From: the human T2T-CHM13v2.0 reference genome, Homo sapiens
DNA: 64,000 nucleotides
NCBI RefSeq assembly: GCF_009914755.1
Contig: NC_060930.1
Direction: 5' to 3' (one strand)
Under the pieces are notes generated by a model, which ran no database searches, had not been told where the DNA came from, and saw only the letters and a program-made list of their open reading frames with translations. The translations under genes and the position numbers were made by a program. Positions 30,623 to 42,229 of the stretch are shown one piece after another (position 1 is the first letter of the stretch; the number at the start of each line of letters is the position of its first letter).

Positions 30623-33533
30623 GCCTGGTGCGAAACAAACCTGCGGAGGTGCATCAGCGAGCAACACCGTTTTGTCTGCGACACCTGTGACAAGGCGTTC
30701 CCCATGCTCTGCTCACTGGCTCTGCACAAGCAGACCCATGTGGCGGCAGACCAGGGTCAAGAAAAGCCGCAGGCCACGCCCCTGCCTGGTGACGCCCTGG
30801 ACCAGAAGGGCTTCCTGGCCTTGCTTGGCCTGCAGCACACCAAAGACGTCAGGCCTGCCCCCGCCGAGGAGCCCCTGCCGGATGACAACCAGGCAATTCA
30901 GCTCCAGACACTCAAGTGTCAGCTACCTCAGGACCCCGGCTGCACCAACCTGCTGAGCCTGTCACCTTTCGAAGCTGCTTCCCTAGGCGGTTCTCTCACA
31001 GTTCTCCCCGCGACCAAGGACAGCATAAAGCACCTGTCCCTGCAGCCCTTCCAGAAGGGCTTCATCATCCAGCCTGACAGCAGCATTGTGGTCAAGCCCA
31101 TCTCTGGCGAGTCGGCCATCGAGCTGGCAGACATCCAGCAAATTCTGAAGATGGCAGCCTCGGCTCCCCCTCAGATCAGTCTTCCGCCCTTCTCCAAGGC
31201 CCCTGCCGCCCCACTGCAGGCGATCTTCAAGCACATGCCCCCTCTGAAGCCAAAGCCCCTGGTCACACCACGGACGGTGGTGGCCACCTCCACGCCCCCG
31301 CCTCTCATCAACGCCCAGCAGGCTTCCCCGGGCTGTATCAGCCCCAGCCTGCCGCCACCGCCCCTGAAGCTCCTCAAAGGCTCAGTGGAGGCGGCCTCCA
31401 ACGCCCACCTGCTGCAGTCCAAGTCCGGGACCCAGCCCCACGCGGCCACGCGGCTCTCCCTGCAGCAGCCGCGGGCGGAGCTGCCGGGCCAGCCTGAGAT
31501 GAAGACGCAGCTGGAGCAGGACAGCATCATCGAGGCCCTGCTGCCGCTGAGCATGGAGGCCAAGATCAAGCAGGAGATCACAGAGGGGGAACTCAAGGCC
31601 TTCATGACAGCGCCCGGCGGCAAGAAGACGCCCGCCATGCGCAAGGTGCTCTACCCCTGCCGCTTCTGCAACCAGGTGTTTGCCTTCTCGGGGGTCTTGC
31701 GTGCCCACGTGCGCTCCCACCTGGGCATCTCGCCATACCAGTGCAACATCTGCGACTACATCGCCGCCGACAAGGCCGCGCTCATCCGCCACCTGCGCAC
31801 GCACAGTGGGGAGCGGCCCTACATTTGCAAGATCTGCCACTACCCCTTCACTGTCAAAGCCAACTGCGAGCGGCACCTGCGCAAGAAGCACCTCAAGGCC
31901 ACCCGCAAGGATATCGAGAAGAACATCGAGTATGTGAGTAGCAGCGCGGCCGAGCTGGTGGACGCCTTCTGCGCCCCGGACACCGTGTGCCGGCTGTGCG
32001 GCGAGGACCTCAAGCACTATCGTGCCCTGCGCATCCACATGCGCACGCACTGCGGCCGCGGCCTGGGCGGGGGCCACAAGGGCCGCAAGCCCTTCGAGTG
32101 CAAGGAGTGCAGCGCCGCGTTCGCGGCCAAGCGCAACTGCATCCACCACATCCTCAAGCAGCACCTGCACGTGCCCGAGCAGGACATCGAGAGCTACGTG
32201 CTGGCCGCCGACGGCCTGGGCCCCGCAGAGGCGCCGGCCGCTGAGGCGTCGGGGCGCGGGGAGGACAGTGGCTGCGCTGCCCTTGGTGACTGCAAGCCCC
32301 TCACTGCCTTCCTGGAACCCCAGAACGGCTTTCTTCACAGGGGCCCCACCCAGCCTCCACCTCCCCATGTCTCGATCAAGTTGGAGCCCGCCAGTAGCTT
32401 TGCGGTGGACTTCAATGAGCCCCTGGACTTCTCGCAGAAGGGCCTGGCCCTGGTCCAAGTGAAGCAGGAAAACATCTCCTTTCTGAGCCCTTCTTCCCTG
32501 GTCCCCTATGACTGCTCCATGGAGCCCATCGACCTGTCCATCCCCAAGAACTTCAGGAAAGGGGACAAGGATTTGGCCACTCCCAGCGAAGCCAAGAAGC
32601 CTGAGGAGGAGGCGGGGAGCAGCGAGCAGCCCTCTCCCTGCCCAGCACCCGGCCCTTCTCTTCCTGTAACTTTGGGGCCCAGCGGAATCCTGGAAAGCCC
32701 CATGGCCCCTGCTCCGGCGGCCACCCCGGAACCCCCAGCACAGCCCCTGCAGGGCCCTGTTCAGCTGGCGGTCCCAATCTACTCCTCAGCCCTGGTCAGC
32801 AGCCCTCCACTCGTGGGCAGCTCAGCCCTCCTGAGTGGCACAGCCTTGCTGCGTCCACTGCGGCCCAAGCCCCCGCTGCTTTTGCCAAAGCCCCCCGTGA
32901 CAGAAGAGCTGCCCCCGCTGGCCTCCATTGCCCAGATCATCTCATCTGTATCCTCGGCCCCCACCCTGCTGAAAACCAAGGTGGCGGACCCAGGGCCCGC
33001 AAGCACTGGCAGTAACACCACGGCTTCAGACAGCTTAGGAGGTTCTGTCCCCAAAGCCGCCACCACCGCCACCCCCGCTGCCACCACCAGCCCAAAAGAG
33101 TCTAGTGAGCCTCCCGCTCCAGCCAGCAGCCCAGAGGCTGCCTCTCCCACCGAGCAGGGCCCAGCGGGCACGTCGAAGAAGAGGGGCCGGAAAAGGGGGA
33201 TGAGGAGCCGACCCCGCGCCAACAGCGGCGGGGTGGACCTGGACTCCAGCGGGGAGTTTGCCAGCATCGAGAAGATGCTGGCCACCACAGACACCAACAA
33301 GTTCAGTCCGTTTCTGCAGACAGCGGAGGACAACACTCAGGATGAGGTGGCCGGAGCCCCTGCCGACCACCATGGGCCCAGTGATGAAGAGCAGGGCAGT
33401 CCCCCAGAAGACAAGCTGCTGAGGGCCAAGCGGAACTCGTACACCAACTGCCTGCAGAAGATCACCTGTCCCCACTGTCCCCGGGTTTTCCCTTGGGCCA
33501 GCTCCCTACAGAGGCACATGCTCACACACACTG
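30623..33533 (+). CDS. RREB1: RREB1 large coding exon 10, 2911 nt: seven C2H2 fingers, PLDFS/PIDLS CtBP-type motifs, psi-KxE SUMO motifs, Pro-rich regions
   Basis: Acceptor ctatatag|GCCTGG ([10 protein letters not shown]...); donor CTG|gtaaga after HMLTHT; corresponds to most of the 1065-aa ORF 30704..33901, which starts at an internal Met and runs past the donor. Confidence 0.98.
31250..32300. promoter_or_regulatory. Intragenic CpG island over the exon-10 zinc-finger cluster
   Basis: Very high GC and dense CpG by eye; boundaries approximate. Confidence 0.7.
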
Positions 33534-34179
33534 GTAAGAGGGCCACCGGGCTCCCAGGCAGTGAGTCCTACTTCCTGGTAGGGGGAGCCACGAGTGGGGG
33601 TCAAAAGCGAGACCCATCTCCCACAGTTCCAGTTATTCCTAGCTTGGCTTCTTCCCCGGTCTCCGAAGCCCCGAGCTTGTCTGGTGGTGCTGTATTTCCT
33701 ATGTGCTCTCAGTACCCACATGGCCTTTGTGCAGGGGCCGAGCCCTCCAAGGGCAGCATTCTACTAAGTGTTCATCCGGGGCGTTTTGAGGTGAAAGTGG
33801 TCACAGGCCCTCAGATCACTCATGGCGTCGCCTCATCCCTTCCGGAGGTGGTAGCCAGATTATCTGCTGGGTTAAACAGGGAGGCGGCTCCACAGACGTG
33901 AGACTTTGTATTAAGGTATTGGGGCATAATGAGCTCGGTGCTTTGACATTCCATTCCAGTGTCCTCAATGCAGCTTTTTAAATTTTGACAATTTTGTGAA
34001 GTTTTTTTGGATGCCATGTCTTCTTAAAGAGAAATATGACAAATTGTGAGGTTGGCTGTTTTCTTTCAGTTCACTAAGGCAGTCACATCTTCCCCTGTTG
34101 ATTGTGAAAATCAGCAATGAGTGGTGGTAGAATGTTTTAAAATTTCTGTTTATACTACAATTGTAAGCCTTTCTGAGAA

Positions 34180-34305
34180 ACTTCTCTCAGAAGGGCCTGG
34201 CGCTGGTCCAGGTGAAGCAGGAAAACAACTCCTTCCTGAGCCCTTCTTCCTTAGCCCCCTACGACTGCTCCATGGAGCCCATCAACCTGTCCATCCCCAA
34301 GAACT
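34180..34305 (+). repeat. Intronic direct duplication of RREB1 exon-10 coding segment 32427-32552
   Basis: 126-nt ungapped alignment, 10 mismatches by hand count (92%). Confidence 0.95.
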
Positions 34306-34377
34306 CACACCCAAGTGTGAAAAAATTCTAAGTAACAAACTTAAATTGTCAAAGTGATACCCCAAAAGTATCTTCCT

Positions 34378-34821
34378 TTTTTCTTTTTCTTTTTTTTTTT
34401 TTTTTTTAAATAAAAGAGTCTCACTATATTGCTCTCAAACTTCTGGGCTCAAGCAGTTTTCTTGCCTCTTCCTCCCAAAGTGCTGGGATCACAGGCATGA
34501 GCCCCCACACCTGGCCCCAAAAGTATTTTTCTTTTTTTGAGACGGAGTCTCGCTCTGTTACCCAGGCTGGAGTGGAGTAGTATGATCTCAGCTCACTGCA
34601 ACCTCTGCCTCCCTGGTTCAAGCAATTCTCCCTGCCTCAGCCTCCCAAGTAGCTGAGATTACAGGCATGCGCCACCATGCCCAGCTAATTTTTGTATTTT
34701 TAGTAGAGATGGGGTTTCACCATGTTGGCCAGACTGGTCTCAAACTCCTGACCTCAGGTGATCTGCCCACCTTGGCCTCTCAAAGTGCTGGGATTACAGG
34801 CGTGAGTCACTGCACCTGGCC
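34378..34821 (-). mobile_element. FLAM (~34378-34516) + AluS (~34530-34821), antisense
   Basis: Alu sequences; TSD-like cccaaaa(g/a)tat occurs three times (~34361, ~34516, ~34824). Confidence 0.88.
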
Positions 34822-35104
34822 TGCCCAAAAATATTTTTCAAATGTTAGTTTCTAGAAGCTGATTTTTAAAGAGAAGTTTAGGATAGGAATATACTTTAAA
34901 TAATTTTGTTATCAGGTGCTTCTAGTATATAAATGGCCATACAACTCTCATCTGAATTATAATTTTCTAAATTTTCTCAGTGAACAGTCTCAGTATTCAG
35001 TGATTTGTGTTATTGAACTAAGCGCAAATTAGTGAGATCCTATCTTTTTGGAGTTTACAACCAAAATATTAATAAATAGATAGGGCCTAAAACCAAATGG
35101 TACT

Positions 35105-35300
35105 GGATTGGTGAATAAAATACAGAACACCAGTTAAACTTGAATTTCAGATAGACAACAAATAATTTTTAGTATAAGTATTTTTATGTAGTTCTTGGGA
35201 TTTACTAAAAAATTATTTGTTTATCCAAAATTCAAATTTAGCTCTGGGCATCCTGGGTTTTTTTTGTGGGTTTTTCTTTTTGCGCTAAATATGGTAACCC
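35105..35300. mobile_element. MER53 (palindromic hAT MITE)
   Basis: ccagttaaacttgaatttcagatagacaac...ttatttgtttatccaaaattcaaattt...ctgggcatcctg, inverted arms. Confidence 0.75.
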
Positions 35301-37109
35301 AAGGTAGTCAGGAGGTTTATGACAGGATGTTGAGGGTGGGTTGTGGGAATTGGTGTGAGCTGTGCTCTGTGTCCAGGTGGAAATGCATTCACAAAGCTTT
35401 GGAGAAGCTCGTGGAAGGATGTTTCTCCTAGATGAGGTGGAACAGCAGGAGGGAGGTCATGGAGCCACCGCTGGATACCTGAACAGTGTGCAGAATGGAG
35501 CCTGGGGAGGGAGAGGAATCTGGGAGCCAGAGGGGAGTTGTGGCTGGGAGCGATAGGACTCTCAGTGGCTGCACTGGTCACCAGAGCTTGCCACACAGAC
35601 ACGGCATTTCCTTCTGCTGTGGTGGGTCCTTGAATCCAGGGATTGAGGAGTAGCAAGTCAGGAGTGCCTATCCAGGGAGGACTCAAGGAGAACCAGGATT
35701 TCTAGATTTGTAAAGTATGTACTGCCCTTTCATACCACTGTCTCCCTGTTAAAATAGTTTAAGCCTGACAAGTAAAGCAACCATTCTAATGATGACAGCA
35801 GTTCAGGGAAGAAAATGCATCTTCAAGAGAAGGTGCCCCTTATAGCAATGTCTTTTGCTACCCTTTTTTGGGTGCCACCTGTTTATCGCCTACTGAGAGT
35901 TTATGGAGAAGTGAGTCTTTCTGTTACCACTTTTCAGAAAGCAGATGGTCTGGATCTGATGATTGGCTTGGCTCGCCCCCTTCCTCGGTGCTCCCACCTC
36001 CCCCTGCTGTCACCCAACCTCCCCATCTTCCTCTTCTAGTATTTTCTTTTTTAAGAGTTGTGCCCATGTCTTTGCAGGTGCCTGATATGTGTTCCCATTT
36101 GTGAATCCAGTCATGATTGCCTGGCTTTTGAATGCCAAAATGTCAGTGTTGGTTTAAAATTTAGTAGCATCTGAAACTGAGCAAGAAAGCAGGAGGTTTG
36201 TTTAAGTTAGGATGGGGTAGATATAAATATAAACATTCTGCCTCTTGTCCCTTAAAAGTTATTGATAACCTTGATAGATGTGTCTGCTTTGGCGCAGTCC
36301 CTGTATCCTACCATAATATGTTCTTGGTAGAGCTAGTCTTCATGACAATCCTGTGAGGGTGATGTCATCCATGTGTTGCCACAAGGAAATTGAGGTTTAC
36401 TTTTAAGGAGCTAAGTAACTTGCCTACAGCCATATGGGGAATAAGAGATGGAGCTACTGTTCCAAGCCAGGGTCCGGTTCTGTGCAACTGCCCACTGGTC
36501 AGGGTGTGTGTGCCCAGTGTGTCCTCTGTGTGAAGGCAGAAGGCGGGCAGAGTGCACCTTCCATGTCTCCCTGTGTTCCCACATGTCCACATTGCAGAAG
36601 GTTTGGAAGTAGTTTGAGATAAGGGGGGACACCACTGTGGATCAGAATGTTATTAGCTAATTTCAGACTTAATGACTACAGAATCGTGTTAGCCACATGC
36701 ATAGACACTGTATGAAGGTTGGTGCCCATTGAGCTCCATTAATTTCCTTTGCTGGGCTTCACTCTCAGCTTCCAGGGATGTTCAGCATCACCACTGCTAA
36801 ATCATGTTATATGGAGCACTTGGCTACATCCAGTGTCGTGTTAGAGCATTTTCCATTCACGGAGCATTAGAGCTGGAAGGAGCCTGGGAAGTCACCTGAT
36901 GGCCCCTCAGCCCACAGACCTGATCTTTCTCCTGGTAGGCAGCTCTGCTGTCACTCAGAACCACATGGATCCTTGGCTCCCTAGGCTTCTGTGAGGCGCT
37001 GTCTCCAAAACTTTGAAAAAAGTCTTGAGTGTACACATGTTAAACATTGACTCTGCAGCCACCCTGCAAACAAAGGTGTTATTCGGAGAAGATGTTCTGT
37101 GGGGTATTT

Positions 37110-37230
37110 TTGTTTTTTCTAGTTTTTTGCTTTTGTACAGACAAGGTCTCACCATGTTACCCAGGCTGTTCTCGAACTCCTCAGCTTTGCAAAGTATTGG
37201 GATTTTAGGCGTGAGCCACGGTGCCTGGCC
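37110..37230 (-). mobile_element. Alu left monomer fragment
   Basis: gacaaggtctcaccatgttacccaggctg...gtgagccacggtgcctggcc. Confidence 0.8.
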
Positions 37231-38514
37231 GTTTTGTGTTTTTGAGTACAGTGTTAAAATCTAGCTGAGTTCCAGCCAGAAGCATTGAGCAGCATCTGGT
37301 TTTGGACTGCATTTAAACAAACTGTCTACACCTTGAATGCTGGCCTCCTCCTACCCCCTCAGCAGATTACTGTACTGTCTCTACTTTGTCTCAAAACACG
37401 TGTTCTCCAGTCCTCCCAGTCCTCAAAGGGGCAGCAAGAAGCAGATCCGGTGTTCAGTGTCCAACGAGGGGTATACCTGCTGGCTGCTGGCAAGGAGCAT
37501 GTGGCCTCAGCCTTTTCTTGCTCCCGGCTCAGGTTCCAGGAACTGTGTTTGATGAGGAAGCTGGCAGGGCTGTCATTTTTCATACCCCCTGGCACAGTCT
37601 CCACACACACCTGCCTTTCCTCCTTCCTTCCACTCCTCTCCAGCTCTCTCCCAGACCATACTTTCCTGCTGATGAGGACAGTTCCTGGTTCCTTACCTTT
37701 CTCTACCTAAACGCGCCACTCCATAGGAGACAAGAGTGCACTGTTCCTGCCTTTACCCCTCGGGAGCATCTCGTGTGTTTTTAGGCCACAGGTGGAGGAG
37801 AGGGTGCCAGGAAACACAGCCAGTCTGTTCTAGCCTCTGTCCTCATTTTCTTCCCCCTTCCCTTTGCTCCAGTTCCTTGTCCCACAGTGATGGGCTTGGG
37901 ACTATGGGGTGTCCATTCCGGGCTTCCCTGGCTTGCTTACTTTCTCATGGGTGCTTTGAGCGCCTTTTTTGAGCCGGCTCAGGCTTTCCCCCCACACCCT
38001 TTCCTCCCTGCTCCTATCTGGCAGTGAGGGTCAGAGCTTCGGTCAGTGAGTCATCCAAACCTGGGTGTGGAAAGCACCTGGGACACCACTTGTATTTGGC
38101 TCCTTTTAGCTTTCTTAAAAGACAGCTTTGGCCGTTTGTACCCAGTCCTGTGTACACTTCTGCCAAATACAGAGAGAAAATACCAAAAGAAAGAAACCTG
38201 CCTGCAGGGGTGGAGGAGCAATGGAGAGAAGGCTGGGCTGCTCAGGCTGTCATCTTGTTACAAAAAGAAAAGCAACTGCAAGGTTTTCTATGCTAGTTAG
38301 ACCCCACCTTTCTAACCCTGATTGTCTTTGAAAAATGAACAGAAATGTTTTCAGTTCTGTTTTTTTTTTTTTTTATCTTGGAGGCCAAGGCCCCAATCTC
38401 CTCATCAAACTATTCTCACTGTTCACTCTTCTCTTGCCCCAATGTCCTTCTTCGTTTCTTGACTGTTCTGGGAGAGTAAACACTGGCTAATTTTTTTTGT
38501 TTGTTTTTGGAGGT

Positions 38515-39197
<683 letters not shown>

Positions 39198-39846
39198 TAG
39201 GTCCTGAGTGCGCAGGTAACTCACTGTGGTTACAGGTGCTTTTACAAATCCCCTTCTAAAGCAGTTATTCGTGGCAGCTACCAAATAAATAGAATCATTT
39301 GCTACTTTCTATATAGATGGCTGGCCAACAAGTGTTTTTGAAACCTGCGTTATTATAAAATACTAAACGGGCCCGTTTTCCTGCATCCCTGCAATCCAGA
39401 GAGCCCACCACTATGTAAAAATGTCAGACTTACGCAGTGAAATGTGAGCTTCTAATGACTCATGTGAGTTGTTATGTCACTTTGGGAGCCTTTGTAGTTT
39501 GATGCAATACTTTCACATCATGGATTGTTTTCTGAATTTAGCATTAATAGGGACCTTCTCATGGGGACGTCAGCCTGGCAGTCCTAACCAACTGTAAAGG
39601 TGACGCACTTACCAGTGTGAAAATTACAGAGTAAACCATGTGACAGGGGGGAGCGAGAAGCCGATTGTTTTCTTTGAAATCAAGAATCCTATCATAGTAG
39701 CTTCTTACTTGTTTTCCTCTTGGCCCAGTTCTTTTCTCAATCTGGCCAGACTCAGAGAAGCAGCAGTGTTACCTTTTGACAATAAAATGTTAAAAGTACT
39801 TTATTTTTACTTGAAATTATTAAATACTGTGTTCAATTTTAAATGA

Positions 39847-40163
<317 letters not shown>

Positions 40164-42064
40164 ACAAGAAGTAATTTGGAAGACGCACCATGAACACTGA
40201 CATACTGTACAACTAGTCACACTTTTTTTTTTTAATGTGGATGTTTTAAAAATAAATTTTGCAGAAAACACCTGCAGAATGATATGAGGAGACCCTGAAA
40301 ACAGTCAGTGGGGTTCTCCACTTTTGTTCAGGTTGCCTTGTGGAGCTACTCAGAAGCACACAGGCCGGATTTCTGGGTGTCTGATTCTGCCCTTTCCGGG
40401 TTTCTAATTCTGTTGTCTTTGATTGTTGCATCTTTATTCTTAAAAGCGCCTGAGGAGATTTGTAAGCATCATCTTAAAGGGTCTTTTAGCTCAGGAGGGA
40501 ATCAATGTCCCCTGTCTCTGATTATTACTCCTGATGTGAAATTGTGGCCATGCTGTCATGGGGGCGGTGCCAGGTCCACACCTTCAGGCTCTGTATGAAT
40601 GGCGCCCCCTGGAGTCGTGTGACACAGCCAGTGCCGGTTAAGGCTAGTCCCTCCTTCCCCTGGGAAAACACGTGGCCCCTCTGGCTGGTCCCCAGGTGCC
40701 AGGCCCTTGCTGTGCATTCACAGGGGAGTGCGTGGCCTTGGGCACCTGCACTAGTTCAGGCTTCTATCGACATTAATCTAACGCCAGAGGCCCCTGTGAT
40801 CTGTGTTTCCAGGGAGCTGTGTTTAATTGTGGCAATCCTAGGGTTATGAGACAAAAGTACTGGGCCCCAGCTCTGAAGTCATGTTGGTTAACACACAAAA
40901 CCTTTTACCCTGTAACATTAGCAACTGGGACCTTGGACTCCAGCAACTTGGGGGAAAGGGAGGAATTCAGTGATACACAAGTGATGCACCACCAACTTCC
41001 GCCTCCTGAAGGCCCCTGATCCCCTCCCTCCTCCTCTCTTTTCCTCTCCACCTCCTTTTTCCCTTGTGCTTTCTTTCTCCCTCACATGCATCCGCACAAA
41101 CCCAGGACAAGTTGTAGAGGAGCTTCTATTGCATTTTGAAACATGATGTTTACAGCACAAAAGGAATCCAAGTAAAAGGAGAGGGTAGGCAGACCAAAGC
41201 AGGAGGGGACTGTGCCTCTCTCAGTGGCTCACCCATCTGTGCGTTTGGGATGGGTCTAGGGGCGAGGCAGGGCTGCCAAAATGTCCTCTTCACATGCACA
41301 TCTGTTGAGTGGAGCACATGATCAAATGCAGACATAGTTACGTATTGGTCACTCATTTGCAACCAAGCTTGGAGCAGGGGGAACAAAGAACCTTTAATGA
41401 GAAGATCTCCTGACTGTTGCCACCTAGGACCACAGTGAACTTGAACAGAGGTCACTGCAGGATGTCTCGGCAAGTCAGACAGGAGTTGTCCTGGGAAGTC
41501 AGAACTCACTGCTCCCGTTCCCCTGTGGGAGGGACACAGCCACCAAGGCCAGGAAGGGGGACTGGCCACCCTGGCTGGGGGCTGTCCCTGACTTCTTCTC
41601 TTCATGGGCCCCCAAAGATACCCAGGGGTTCCCCATTGGATTTCCTAGTGTCCATATTACGGTGTCCTTGCCACACTAGAACTCGTTAGAGGGCGTCTTT
41701 CTCTTTGTGATAGAATATAGGTGTTTTCTTGCTGTGCTCTAAAATCTCTTCATTCGCTTTTTTTTGTTGTCGTTAATATTTTAATTGTAATACCGTTGTT
41801 TTACTTTAAATGTATATTTTTCAGTTTCATTTATTTTAGTATTTTGAGGACAAAAATTCATATTCCATTCAACTTAGGAAAAGGGAGAATGATCATTTTA
41901 GTCATTGATGGTTTTTTTTTTTCTAATGTGTTTTGTTAATTTTCTTGAAGGGATGGAGGAGGGGGGAACAACTGCCAATGATCCCAGGAGAATAAACAAA
42001 AGCGACTTTTCTATTTCATTGCAGTAGAAAGCCAGATAAATATATATTTTTTTTCCTGCTTCAG

Positions 42065-42229
42065 GTCAGAAACCCTTCCCTTGTCAAAAATGCGATGCCT
42101 TCTTTTCTACCAAATCTAACTGTGAACGCCACCAGTTGCGCAAACACGGAGTTACCACCTGTTCCCTGAGAAGAAACGGGCTTATCCCCCAGTCAAAAGA
42201 GAGTGATGTTGGATCCCATGATAGCACAG
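42065..42229 (+). CDS. RREB1: RREB1 cassette exon 11, 165 nt (55 aa), one C2H2 finger; absent from the supplied ORF track
   Basis: Acceptor ttttcctgcttcag|GTCAG; donor CAG|gtagtg; (G)QKPFPCQKCDAFFSTKSNCERHQLRKHGVTTCSLRRNGLIPQSKESDVGSHDST; completes a TGQKPF linker with exon 10; symmetric phase 1-1. Confidence 0.93.

Noticed and set aside
31382-32458. 358-aa minus-strand ORF (also the 157- and 185-aa antisense ORFs over exon 10)
   Set aside because: Shadow of a GC-rich coding exon with strong codon bias; no recognisable domain or independent gene signals
30704-33901. 1065-aa ORF as a stand-alone intronless gene
   Set aside because: Its start Met is inside a zinc finger and the frame is open back to the acceptor at 30623; it is an internal RREB1 exon with a strong donor at 33533
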